A stretch of DNA of 64,000 nucleotides, from positions 2,565-66,564 of the forward strand of contig CAYMHO010000007.1 of assembly GCA_964390195.1 (NCBI GenBank), written 5' to 3'. A program made the position numbers and the translations under genes. Below are positions 1-9,656 of this stretch, one piece after another. Source of the DNA: an uncultured Fimbriiglobus sp. GTDB taxonomy: Bacteria > Planctomycetota > Planctomycetia > Gemmatales > Gemmataceae. The notes beneath the pieces were generated by a model that had not been told where the DNA came from, ran no database searches, and was given only the letters and a program-made list of their open reading frames with translations. Numbering within the stretch: position 1 is the first letter of the stretch; each line of letters opens with the position of its first letter.

Positions 1-213
1 TTCGGCGAGCTGAAGCCGCTCGCGAGCGGGGCCGCGGTGCCGCCCGGCGGGCGGGCGTGGGTGGTGATGAACCACGGCACCCCCGCCGAGCGGCGGGCGT
101 ACATCGACACGCAACTCGCCCCGCTCGGGTTCGAGTTGGCAGACGAGAAGCAGTTCCACCCCGACTGGGAGCAGTTCAACCAGGCCGGGGTCTACTTGTA
201 CATCCGCCGGTGA
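1..213 (+). CDS. 3' end of unidentified protein (partial, runs off window start)
   Basis: Frame 1 is open from base 1 to TGA at 211-213. Codon use is GC3-rich like the neighbours. No family recognised. Confidence 0.4.
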   Translation, partial: FGELKPLASGAAVPPGGRAWVVMNHGTPAERRAYIDTQLAPLGFELADEKQFHPDWEQFNQAGVYLYIRR

Positions 214-222
214 ACCGGCGGC

Positions 223-1824
223 TCACCCGACGGTCGCGTACTTCGCCACGATCGCCTTCGCCGTCTTCAGCCCGTCCACCGCGGCGGACACGATGCCGCC
301 GGCGTACCCGGCCCCTTCGCCCACCGGGAACAGGCCGGGGATGCCGGGCGACTCGCGGGTGGTGTTATCCCGGTCGATGCGGATGGGCGAACTGCCGCGG
401 GCTTCCGGGCCGACGAGCGTCGCGTCTTTCAAAAACCGCCCGTGCCAGCGGCGGTCCATCTGCGGCAGACCGTGGCGTACGGCGTCGGCCACCACCGGCG
501 GAAGGACGTCACGCAGGTCGGCGGGCACCACCCCCCGCGGGTAGCTGCTGTTCACCGTGCCGTCGCTCCGCTTCCCACTCACGAAGTCGGCGGCCCGCTG
601 CACCGGGGAGCGGTACTCCCCGCGACCAATCTCGAACGCCAACTTCTCGTACCGCTCTTGCAACCGCATCCCGGCGAGGACATCGGTCCCCTCGAAGGCG
701 TCGAGCGGCACCGTGACCACCAGCCCGCTGTTGGCGAACGGCGAATCGCGTTTCGACAAACTCATACCGTTCGTGCAGAAGTACCCCACCTGCGACACGC
801 TGGGAATCACATACCCGCCGGCGCACATGCAGAACGTGAACAGGTCGTTCTTGCCGTGGGCGACGAGCGAGTAGTCGGCGTTTCCGAGCGTGTCCTCCCA
901 CTTCCGCCCGCCGTACTGGGCGCGGTTCACCGTCTCCTGCGTGTGTTCGATCCGCACGCCGAACTGGAACGGCTTCTGGCTCATCGGCACGCTTCGCTTC
1001 GCCAGCATGGTGTACGTGTCGCGGGCCGAGTGCCCGATGGCCAACACCACCACCGAACTGGGGATGAACCCCGACGACGTGCCGACGCCCTTCAGCCCGG
1101 AGTCGTCGAACAGCAGGTCTTCCACCCGCGTGAGGAACCGCACCTCCCCGCCGTACTCGATGATCTTGTTGCGGATCGCCTTCACCACCGCCGGCAGGCG
1201 GTTGCTGCCCAGGTGCGGGCGGTGGTAGTACAAGATGTTCGGCCGGCCGGCCTGCTGGCCCTTGCACTCGGCGAACAGTTCCAGCACCCGCAGCACGTCC
1301 GGGCCGGTGTTGCGGCACGTCAGCTTGCCGTCGCTGAACGTGCCCGCCCCGCCCTCACCGAACAGGTAGTTGCTCTCCGGGTGGAAGTCGCCGCCGTCGT
1401 CGAACCGTTTCACGTCGTGGATGCGCTCCGTCACCCGCGTGCCGCGTTCCAGCACGATCGGCCGGTACCCCTGCTTCGCCAGGAAGTACGCGCACACCAG
1501 CCCGCCAGGGCCGCTGCCGACCACCACCGGGCGGTTCTGGATGGGGTGGCTTCCCACCTCCGGCATGGTGAACTGTTCGTCGGCGTGCCGCTGCACCTGG
1601 GCCACGCCGGGGGCGCGGTCGGGGTCGTACCCGTCCGGCTCCTCGACCTCGAAGTTGTAGACGAACCGCAACTCCCGCTTGTCGCGGGTGTCGAGGGCCT
1701 TGCGGACGATGCGGAACGCCGGCACGTCGGCGGCGGGCACGCCGAGCGCACGGGCGAGATGGCCTGGCAGGGCGGCTTCCGGCTCATCGACCGGCAGCCG
1801 CAGGTTGGACACGCGGAGGGACAT
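223..1824 (-). CDS. FAD-dependent oxidoreductase (COG2509-like NAD(FAD)-utilizing dehydrogenase)
   Basis: 533-aa ORF. Dinucleotide-binding motif VVVGSGPGGL; N-terminal MSLRVSNLRLPVDEPE...FRIVRKALDTR and GEGGAGTFSDGKL are typical of this family. Confidence 0.85.
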   Translation of the reverse strand: MSLRVSNLRLPVDEPEAALPGHLARALGVPAADVPAFRIVRKALDTRDKRELRFVYNFEVEEPDGYDPDRAPGVAQVQRHADEQFTMPEVGSHPIQNRPVVVGSGPGGLVCAYFLAKQGYRPIVLERGTRVTERIHDVKRFDDGGDFHPESNYLFGEGGAGTFSDGKLTCRNTGPDVLRVLELFAECKGQQAGRPNILYYHRPHLGSNRLPAVVKAIRNKIIEYGGEVRFLTRVEDLLFDDSGLKGVGTSSGFIPSSVVVLAIGHSARDTYTMLAKRSVPMSQKPFQFGVRIEHTQETVNRAQYGGRKWEDTLGNADYSLVAHGKNDLFTFCMCAGGYVIPSVSQVGYFCTNGMSLSKRDSPFANSGLVVTVPLDAFEGTDVLAGMRLQERYEKLAFEIGRGEYRSPVQRAADFVSGKRSDGTVNSSYPRGVVPADLRDVLPPVVADAVRHGLPQMDRRWHGRFLKDATLVGPEARGSSPIRIDRDNTTRESPGIPGLFPVGEGAGYAGGIVSAAVDGLKTAKAIVAKYATVG

Positions 1825-1870
1825 GGGGCTATTCTACCGAGGCAACGTCCTCTTCCGCAGGTGCCCTTCC

Positions 1871-2758
1871 ATGCTCCGCCCTCTCCTCGCCCTCCTCCTC
1901 GTCGCGTCGGCCGCCTCGGCCGCCGAGCCGATCACCCACTCGTTCCTCGCCACGGGGGCCGAGACGGCCATCTTCGACGCCTCCGGCAAGGCGGTGTGGA
2001 CGTACCCGCACTCCACCCGCGACGGGTGGGTGCTGGAGAACGGCAACGTGCTGCTCACCCTCTCCAAGAGCAAGACCTACCCGCACGGGGCCATCGTGGA
2101 AGTCACCCGCGAGAACAAGGTGGTGTTCGAGTTCGCCGGCACGCAAGACGAGGTGAACACCGTGCAACTGGTGGGCAAGGACCGCTACATGCTCACCGAG
2201 GCCGGGCAGAAGCCGCGGCTGCTGGAAGTGAACAAGGACGGCAAGATCGAGGTGGAGGTGCCGCTCGACGCCCAGACGAAGGACACCCACCTGCAAACCC
2301 GCATGGCCCGCAAGCTGGCCAACGGCAACTACCTGGTGCCGCAACTGCTCGACAAGGTGGTGCGGGAGTACGACGCGAAGGGCAAGATGGTGTGGGAGGC
2401 GAAGACGCCGAACATGCCGTTCACCGCCATCCGGTTGGAGAACGGCAACACCCTGGCGGCCTGCACCCACGGCAACCTACTCGTGGAACTGGACGCCAAG
2501 GGGAAGACGGTGTGGGAACTGACCAACAACGACCTGGACGGCAAGCCGATCAAGGATGCGTGCGGCGCCCAGCGGCTGCCGAACGGGAACACGGTGTTCA
2601 CCAGCTACGCGAGCAAGGCGAAGGAATTGCGGCTGATCGAGGTGACGCGGGAGAAGAAGGTGGTCTGGACGTACACCGACGACCGCAAGGCCGGCATCCA
2701 CCACTTCCAGATCCTGGACACGAACGGCAAGAAACTCGACGGTGCGGCGATGCGGTGA
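1871..2758 (+). CDS. secreted beta-propeller repeat protein
   Basis: Start taken at MLRPLLALLLVASAASAAEP (signal peptide) inside ORF 1679-2758. Repeated LENGN/LANGN/LPNGN blade-like motifs. Confidence 0.7.
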   Translation: MLRPLLALLLVASAASAAEPITHSFLATGAETAIFDASGKAVWTYPHSTRDGWVLENGNVLLTLSKSKTYPHGAIVEVTRENKVVFEFAGTQDEVNTVQLVGKDRYMLTEAGQKPRLLEVNKDGKIEVEVPLDAQTKDTHLQTRMARKLANGNYLVPQLLDKVVREYDAKGKMVWEAKTPNMPFTAIRLENGNTLAACTHGNLLVELDAKGKTVWELTNNDLDGKPIKDACGAQRLPNGNTVFTSYASKAKELRLIEVTREKKVVWTYTDDRKAGIHHFQILDTNGKKLDGAAMR

Positions 2759-2760
2759 GG

Positions 2761-3453
2761 TTACTTCTTCCCCTTCTTCTTTGTCGCTTTCGGTGCCCGC
2801 GGGGCGAAGAGATCGGCGACCGGCAGGGTGAAACCGGGGAGCACCTTGCCGCCGTCGAGGGTGTCGGTTTCGCCCAGCACCTTCTTCCCCCGCTCGCGGC
2901 CCTTCGGGTACACCGTCACCGTCTTCGCGTCCGGATCGACGTACCACACCAGCTTCACCCCCGCCGCCGCGTACTCGCCCAGCTTGATCTGCATCTCGCG
3001 GGGGGTGTTGCTCTCGCTCAGCACTTCGACGACGAGGTCGGGCGGCACGTGCAGGAATGGCCCCGGAATAGGGTCGATCTCACTCGGGTCGTCCACACTG
3101 TCCCAGCGGATGAAAGACACGTCTGGAATTCGCACCAGCCCGTCGCTGAACCGGATCCCGCCCTGCGAGCCGAGGACTCTCCCCAGGTTCTTCCCGGCGG
3201 CGAAGTTGAACAGGTGGAGGGCCAGCCACATCGCCATCGCGTCTTCTTCCGCCCCCATTGGTTTCTCCACCAGGATGCCGTCGACCAACTCGACCCCACG
3301 CCCACGGGTGATGGTCGAATCGAGCACGTCGAGTACGGTCGCCGTGCCGGGGGCAGGAACGCTGATGATGCGAGAAACGGGCACGTCCCCGAGCCGGTCT
3401 TGCACCTCGCCGATGGTGCGGAAACGAGATCCCGTTAACGTCGCGGTCGCCAT
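2761..3453 (-). CDS. Uma2 family (DUF820) putative endonuclease
   Basis: Start at the internal Met (MATATLTG). Motifs VELVDGILVEKPMG, PDLVVEVLS.SN, EY...GVKLVWYVDP are characteristic of Uma2. Confidence 0.8.
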   Translation of the reverse strand: MATATLTGSRFRTIGEVQDRLGDVPVSRIISVPAPGTATVLDVLDSTITRGRGVELVDGILVEKPMGAEEDAMAMWLALHLFNFAAGKNLGRVLGSQGGIRFSDGLVRIPDVSFIRWDSVDDPSEIDPIPGPFLHVPPDLVVEVLSESNTPREMQIKLGEYAAAGVKLVWYVDPDAKTVTVYPKGRERGKKVLGETDTLDGGKVLPGFTLPVADLFAPRAPKATKKKGKK

Positions 3454-3502
3454 GCGTTCTCCTCGGCGGTCATTCAACTTGTACCCGGTTCGCAACCCGC
3501 TC

Positions 3503-4042
3503 TCAACCCCGCTCGTTCGCCAGCCGCTTCTCCCACTCGCTCAGAAGCTCAATGAACGCCGGGTTCGGGCGGGCTTGTTGGCGGTGGGTGCGGACGAACG
3601 CCAGCGCCTCGTCCCGTGACCAACCGTGCCGTTTCATCAGGTAGGCGGTGACGACCATCACACTCCGGCTCACTCCGTTCATGCAGTGAACGTACACCAC
3701 CCGGTTGGCCGACCGGTGTTCCTCGACGAACGCCACACGTGCGGCCAGCCATTCCAGACTGGGGGCGGGGGCGGCATCGCGGGTCGGGTGCCACTCGTGA
3801 ACCGGCGTGCGGTACGGGTCGTCCTGTTCGCACAGGTTGAGCGTGGCGTGCGTCCGCCACGGCGGGGAAGCGACATGCCCGCCGACGTACAGGCCGGGTT
3901 CGACCTCGGCGTAGTTCGGCGGCTCGCGGGTGAAGTGCCAGACGGCCAGGTAGACGACGGCGAGGAGGACCAACGGAACGGCCCCGACGAGCGGCCAGAG
4001 CCACTTGCGTCGGGGCGCGGGGCGGGGCGTCGCCGGGGTCAC
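3503..4042 (-). CDS. membrane-anchored dual-specificity protein phosphatase
   Basis: HCxxGxxRS P-loop (VHCMNGVSRS). N-terminal TM helix WLWPLVGAVPLVLLAVVYLAVW. GTG start at 4042 overlaps the upstream stop (GTGA). Confidence 0.7.
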   Translation of the reverse strand: MTPATPRPAPRRKWLWPLVGAVPLVLLAVVYLAVWHFTREPPNYAEVEPGLYVGGHVASPPWRTHATLNLCEQDDPYRTPVHEWHPTRDAAPAPSLEWLAARVAFVEEHRSANRVVYVHCMNGVSRSVMVVTAYLMKRHGWSRDEALAFVRTHRQQARPNPAFIELLSEWEKRLANERG

Positions 4043-4587
4043 TTCTTGCGGGCCAGCTTCATCGTCGGGCAGTGGTTGGGCGACGGCTTGCCGTTCTCCC
4101 ACGCCTCGCCGCTGAACTCGATGTGGTCGTCGTCGATGAACTTCAGCGTGCCGCCGTGCATGTGCATGTCCTTCGCCGGGTCCAGGTTGGTGCCGCCGAC
4201 GAAGTCGAACTTGATCGAGTCCTTCGGCGACTTCGGGTCGGCCTTCATCTTCGGCTGGTTGCCGAGCGCACAGTAGTGCGTCATCACCAACTCGCCCTTG
4301 TCCAGGTGGTACACCGACACCATCTCCATCGGCTCGCCGGGGAAGAGCGTCTCGTGGACCACGCTCCCGCCGCCGGTCAGCTTGATGACCGACACCACCT
4401 TGTCCGTCGGCTTGCCGTCCTTGTCCGCCTCCACCCACGTGCCGGCCAGCTTCTTCAGCTTCTCGAACCCGGCGTGCGTTTCCACCTTCGCTTCGGCCTT
4501 CGCCTCGGCTTTGGCCTTCTCATCGGCCCGCACGCCCAACCCGGCCGCCAGCACCACCAGCCCGCACAACAGGAATCGTCGCGCCAT
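4039..4587 (-). CDS. secreted lipocalin-like hypothetical protein (DUF1579-like)
   Basis: Start at MARRFLLCGLVVLAAGLGVRA (signal peptide). Conserved-looking THYCALGNQPKM motif. The family call is tentative. Confidence 0.65.
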   Translation of the reverse strand: MARRFLLCGLVVLAAGLGVRADEKAKAEAKAEAKVETHAGFEKLKKLAGTWVEADKDGKPTDKVVSVIKLTGGGSVVHETLFPGEPMEMVSVYHLDKGELVMTHYCALGNQPKMKADPKSPKDSIKFDFVGGTNLDPAKDMHMHGGTLKFIDDDHIEFSGEAWENGKPSPNHCPTMKLARKK

Positions 4588-4742
4588 GTCGCACACTCCC
4601 GCAAGGGTGAACGGGTACGCCCCACACTCGGGGAGTGTACCCGTGTTCCCTATCGGCACGGCGGGGGCGTGGGCTACACGGTGTTGCTCATCTGTACAGG
4701 TGGGGCGGGCGGCTGGGATGAATGATCGGTACGACCGGCACG

Positions 4743-6821
4743 CTACTTCCCGCTTAACTCTTTCACCAGTCCGTCGGCGTCGTACAGCTTCCGCAGGGCT
4801 TCCAGCACCGCCCGCGAGTGGACCGCGACGTGCCGCGCCTGCACCTCGGTGTACACGAAGTTCCGCACCAGCCCGTGCCGGTTGCGGTCGAAGTTCACCC
4901 CGACCAGCTCGCCCTCCCGGTTCAGCACCGGCGACCCGCTGTTCCCGCCGATGGTGTCGGCCGTGCTCACGAAGTCGAACGGCGTCTTCAGGTCCAGTTT
5001 GTCCTTCCCCTTCGCCCACCGCTCGGGCAGCTCGAACGGCTCGCGGTTCTTCATCGCGGCCGCGCGCTCGAACGCCCCGCCGAACGTGGTGTGGAACGGC
5101 AGCGTCTGCCCGTCCACCTCGTACCCCTTCACCACCCCGAACGCCAGCCGCAGGGTGAACGTCGCGTCCGGAGCGACCGACTTGGCGAGCGCCGCGAACC
5201 GCAGCTTGGCGATCTCCGCATAGGCCTGTCGTTCCACCTCTTCCACCTCGTCCTCGTACCTCTTGCGGAGCTTGCGGGCGTCGGCGTCGATCGCCTTCGC
5301 CAGCAGGATCATCGGGTCTTTGCTCTCCGCGATCAGCTTCGGCTCAGCGACCAGTTTCATGCGCACCTCGGGGTCGTACAACTCGCTGTTCACCAGTTCG
5401 TCCGCCCGCTTCGCCGGGTTCTTGCCGGCCAGCACCAGTTTCACCGTCGGGTGATCGCCGCCCAGGTTTTCGGCCAGGAACGTGAGCGACGCTTGCAACT
5501 TCGCCCGCTCCAGATCCTTGTAGATGGGTGCCGGGCTGAACAGGCCGAACTTGAGCGAATCGAGGTTGCTCTTGCGGTACTCCCGCAACCGATCGGGTGA
5601 TTCCTTCGGCAGTTCGTCGGCCATTCGCACGCAGTGCCGGGCGATGGCGAACAGGTCCGAGTAGAAGGCGTGCCCGGTCTCGATCAGGGCGTGTTCCTTC
5701 TCGAACTCACGGTAAGTTTTCTGCACCTCGGCGATCTTCTTTTTCCCCGCCTCGTATTGCTGCTGGAACCGCCCGCTGCCGGGGGCTTGGTCCAGCAGGG
5801 TCATCGACAGCCCCATCTCCGCACCCGCCTTCTGCTTCAGAATGTCCGGGTCGAGCAGCCCTTGCAGTTGCCCGCTGAACGCCTTGCGGGCGTTCGCCAC
5901 GCTGTGCAGGTTGGTGGCCGCCTGCCGGCGTTGCTCCGGCCCCTGGTCGCCGTACTGCGTCAGCGCCGCCTCCAGCGTCCGCAGGCGGTACAGCGTGTAC
6001 GGCAGGGTGTGGTCCCGGCGGTGCTTCAGCTTGTCCAGCGTTTCCAGGCGGTTGGTGGTGCCGGGGTGCCCGGTCACGAACACCACGTCGTTCTCCTTCG
6101 GCCCCACGTCGCTCCACTTGAAGTAGTGCTCGCACTTCACCGGTTGGTCGTTCTCGTAGGCCCGGAAAAAGGCGACGTCCAACCCGTGCCGGGGGAACTC
6201 GAAGTTGTCCACGTCCCCGCCGAACGCCGCGATACCCGCTTCCGGGGCGAACACCAGCCGCACGTCGGTGTACTTCTTGCTGCGGTACAGGTGGTACGCC
6301 CCGCCCTGGTACAGCGTCACCACGTCCGAGCGCAGGCCGGTCTTCGTCAGGCTGGCGTTCTCCAACTCGCTCATCACGGCTCGGCGTGCGGCCGCCGCTT
6401 CGGCCGGCTTCATGTCCGGCTTCACCGCCGCGTTCACCTTCTCCGTCACGTCCTCGATGCTCTGGAGCACGTTCAGTTCCAGGTCAGGGCACTTGGCCTC
6501 GTCCTTCCGCTCCTTCGCGTAGAACCCGAGGGCGAACAGGTCTTTCTCCTTCGTGCTCATCTTCTGCAGCGCGTCGGCGGCGATGTGGTGGTTGGTCACG
6601 ATCAGCCCGTCGGCGCTCACGAACCCGCCACTGCCCCCGCTGTTGAACCGCACGTTCGCCTTCATCGCCCGCTCCAGCCAGGCGTCGGTCAGGTCGAACT
6701 TGTGCTTCTCCTTGAGCAGTTCCTTCGGCGGGTCGTTCAGCAGCCACATGCCTTCGTCGGACCGGCCGAGCATGGGTGTACTCACGAGCAGGGCGAGGGC
6801 GAACAGGGCAGCGGAGCGCAT
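4743..6821 (-). CDS. S46 family dipeptidyl-peptidase
   Basis: Signal peptide followed by the DEGMWLLN motif. Catalytic-region motifs VTNHHI and GGNSGSPVLN. About 690 aa. Confidence 0.9.
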   Translation of the reverse strand: MRSAALFALALLVSTPMLGRSDEGMWLLNDPPKELLKEKHKFDLTDAWLERAMKANVRFNSGGSGGFVSADGLIVTNHHIAADALQKMSTKEKDLFALGFYAKERKDEAKCPDLELNVLQSIEDVTEKVNAAVKPDMKPAEAAAARRAVMSELENASLTKTGLRSDVVTLYQGGAYHLYRSKKYTDVRLVFAPEAGIAAFGGDVDNFEFPRHGLDVAFFRAYENDQPVKCEHYFKWSDVGPKENDVVFVTGHPGTTNRLETLDKLKHRRDHTLPYTLYRLRTLEAALTQYGDQGPEQRRQAATNLHSVANARKAFSGQLQGLLDPDILKQKAGAEMGLSMTLLDQAPGSGRFQQQYEAGKKKIAEVQKTYREFEKEHALIETGHAFYSDLFAIARHCVRMADELPKESPDRLREYRKSNLDSLKFGLFSPAPIYKDLERAKLQASLTFLAENLGGDHPTVKLVLAGKNPAKRADELVNSELYDPEVRMKLVAEPKLIAESKDPMILLAKAIDADARKLRKRYEDEVEEVERQAYAEIAKLRFAALAKSVAPDATFTLRLAFGVVKGYEVDGQTLPFHTTFGGAFERAAAMKNREPFELPERWAKGKDKLDLKTPFDFVSTADTIGGNSGSPVLNREGELVGVNFDRNRHGLVRNFVYTEVQARHVAVHSRAVLEALRKLYDADGLVKELSGK

Positions 6822-7010
6822 GACGCGGCCTCGGAAACGGGGAGGGAATTGTAGTGGGAGCGGGTGGGAACCAGAGGGCACGCGGACGACGCGGATTTCA
6901 GCGCGGAAGGACGCGGATCAGACAGATGAAATCCTGTACAATCTGCGTTCGTCCGCGGTTCGATCCGCGTCATCCGTGTGCCGCTTTTCTCGAACTCACG
7001 GTCGCCCGCC

Positions 7011-7706
7011 ATGCTCGCCAAACTGCGGTCGTTCGCGCTGGTGGGCATCGACGCGGTGCCGGTCGAGGTGGAGGTCGATTCGAGCGGCGGCACCGCCAAG
7101 ATCATCCTTGTCGGGTTGCCCGAATTGGCGGTGCGGGAAAGCATCCACCGCATCGAGCGGGCGCTGGCGAATCTCGGTTACGCACGCCCGACCGGGCGGG
7201 TCATTATCTCCCTCGCACCCGCAGATTTGAGGAAAGAGGGTGGCGCCTTCGACCTGCCGATCGCGCTCGGCATCCTCGTCGCCACGCGGCAACTCACGCC
7301 CGAACAGCTCGCCGACTTCGCCAGTGTGGGCGAACTCGCGCTCGACGGCTCCGTGCGTCACGTCAAAGGGTGCCTGAGCGTGGCGATGGCCGCCCGCGAG
7401 CAGGGCATCAAGAAGCTGATCGTGCCGGCCGAGAACGCCCGCGAGGCCGCGGTGGTGACGGAAGAGGAGGTGTACGGGGTCACCAGCTTGGCGGAGGCGG
7501 TCGGCATCATCTCGGGTGCCGTCGAAGTCGATCCGGTGTCGCCGGGCATCGCCGAGATGCAGGCGAAGCTGAACCGCTACCCGGTGGACTTCGCCGACGT
7601 TCGCGGGCAGGAGTACGCCAAGCGGGCGATGGTGATCGCCGCGGCCGGCGGGCACAACGTGCTTATGTTGGATTCGGTTATTCCTCCCGGCGAAATCACG
7701 ATGTAG
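7011..7706 (+). pseudogene. comM: comM/yifB 5' fragment (Mg-chelatase-like AAA+ competence protein, N-terminal part)
   Basis: MLAKLRSFALVGIDAVPVEVEVD...DLRKEGGAFDLPIALGIL...FADVRGQEYAKRAMVIAAAGGHNVLML. Homology stops at ~7670, where Walker A should follow. The tail DSVIPPGEITM* looks degenerate. Confidence 0.8.
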
Positions 7707-7850
7707 CCCATTTCAGAAGAGCGATAGCCCCCTCTACGACGGCACTTCCCAAACTTGTTCCCCGAACGCTTCCCGGCCCTGGTGGCCTGCCCGCACCCAA
7801 GTGCCTTCCCACCGATTGAACGCCGGAGCGAGCGTGGGTAGAGTGTCGGG

Positions 7851-8306
7851 ATGACGCCCGACCACGACCCCACCCTCACTTACCCTCCGGACGTCACCCG
7901 CACGGCCGACGGGGTGAACATCACCCGCTTGATCCCCGGCGACGGCACCCGCGCCGGTGGCCCCGCGGCCTCCGACACGCAACCCTTTGTCGCCGGGAAC
8001 GACCCGGCCGCCAGCGACACCCCGCCGGGGTTCGTGATCGAGCGGGAGGTCGGCCGCGGCGGGATGGGGGTCGTGTACCTCGCGCGTCAGACCGGGCTGA
8101 ACCGGCCGGTCGCGCTGAAGTTGATCCAGGCGGGGGATAGCGGCTCGGCCCTGCGGTTCCTGGCCGAGGCCGAGGCGATGGCCGCCGTCCGCCATCCCAA
8201 CGTGGCCGAGGCGTACCAGTTTGGCGAGCACCACGGCCTCCCGTTCCTGGCGCTGGAATACTGCCCCGGCGGCGACCTCTCCGCCAAGCTGAAGGCGGGT
8301 ACCCAA
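7851..8306 (+). pseudogene. Ser/Thr protein kinase, N-lobe only (truncated)
   Basis: GRGGMGVVYLA (Gly loop), VALKLI (VAxK), AEAEAMAAVRHPNV, LALEYCPGGDL. Kinase similarity ends at ~8300, where GC drops. The HRDxK catalytic loop and DFG motif are absent. Confidence 0.7.
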
Positions 8307-8427
8307 GGGGCCAAAAACCGATTCCACACAGCGGGCCGCACGTCGAGGCGGCAACGGAGATTTGTCTTGCCGTGTGATTCTTGGGAGGGTAAGTTTACCA
8401 CCTCAAACGTGCTCAAGGCAAACGCCT

Positions 8428-9399
8428 ATGCCAGCAAACTTCTGGTGGGTCATCCCGTCGATCGGAAGCGTGTTCGGCCTCTTTGCGTTCATTACAGCAT
8501 TTATTTACTATGGGTACCGGGAATCGCTCCGAGCGAAGTACAAAGCACTTGAAGGGGTTAAAGACCCTGAGACAAGATACAAAATCCTACGTGAAATTAT
8601 TGGACGCTATTCTCCTCAAATCGACAACCTGAGAGTTGCTGATAAAGTCCGCCAGCTTGAGCTACAAGCGAATAACGACTTGCGCAGATTTCGAATGATC
8701 GTTGTGTCTGGAACACTACTAGGCATCGCTCTGATTGCTTGCTCTTTGATTGTTGCAGTCACAACGGGTGGACACACTGAAACTCCTAGAACAGACAAGG
8801 ATCGAACAAAAGACAGCACCAGCGGACTCAAAGATCCTCAGATCCGACTCAGTAATGTGGCTGGCTTGCAAATCCTTCGAGATAAAGATGGCAACGCTTA
8901 TGCGCCAAGCAGTTGGCTCTATGCCACCGATCAACGCGATGTGGCCTACAGGGCATTTTCAGTCGATATTTCGAAGGTGTCAGATCACGACGTACTCATC
9001 ATCCGGTCTGTCCGACTCCACTTGAAAAGACTTGACAATATCAAAGCAGTTGGAGTTACAGTCAGCCCGCCATCAAGTGTAACAAGGGCTCTGATTTTTC
9101 AGGCCGAGTTACAACACGACTCTACTGTTGTCGAGTGTAAATATAAAAGCTCTGAAGAATTCAAGAATGAAATGATACTTTTATCAAATGACATTCCAAT
9201 ATTGAGATGCAACGTGGTCGTTACGCGATCTTCGAAATTTGGCGAACTGTTACCCAAAGACGAATCTCCTTTCACAAATGCGATATGGGACGCATCTATT
9301 GAGGTTGAGTCGGAAGACACCAAATCAGGCAAAAGACACGCGGTACGTTCTGAAGAATCAGTACGTGTATACGTATCGATTCCTAGTCACGACAGTTAA
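8428..9399 (+). CDS. two-TM membrane protein of unknown function (AT-rich foreign cassette)
   Basis: Start at MPANFWWVIPSIGSVFGLFAFITAFIYY (TM1). Second TM is IVVSGTLLGIALIACSLIVAV, followed by a ~210-aa beta-rich C-terminal domain. Codon usage is clearly AT-richer than the flanks. Confidence 0.65.
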   Translation: MPANFWWVIPSIGSVFGLFAFITAFIYYGYRESLRAKYKALEGVKDPETRYKILREIIGRYSPQIDNLRVADKVRQLELQANNDLRRFRMIVVSGTLLGIALIACSLIVAVTTGGHTETPRTDKDRTKDSTSGLKDPQIRLSNVAGLQILRDKDGNAYAPSSWLYATDQRDVAYRAFSVDISKVSDHDVLIIRSVRLHLKRLDNIKAVGVTVSPPSSVTRALIFQAELQHDSTVVECKYKSSEEFKNEMILLSNDIPILRCNVVVTRSSKFGELLPKDESPFTNAIWDASIEVESEDTKSGKRHAVRSEESVRVYVSIPSHDS

Positions 9400-9656
9400 C
9401 ATTACCCAAAGCCTAGGGAGAGGGGAAGCATCTTGCCCCTCCGACCGGAACAGATATTTATCCTCAAAGATCCCTGATTGTTGGGTTTGATGTTTTCCCA
9501 TACCCCGCCGGAAGCGTTCCCACGCAACCACCGCCGCCGGAAGCGAGGAAAGCGCTTGGGATCTGGGCCGACAACAGCAACCTGAGCTGTGGGGATGTGA
9601 GTATCTCCCCTTCCTGAGGGGATCGTGCGGTGGTGTGGGCGGTTTCAACAGAGCCG

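Noticed and set aside
442-3438. 998-aa ORF on the plus strand spanning several annotated genes
   Set aside because: It runs antisense or out of frame to well-supported genes (FAD oxidoreductase, beta-propeller, Uma2). Its Arg/Gly/Pro/His-rich low-complexity composition is typical of shadow ORFs in high-GC DNA.
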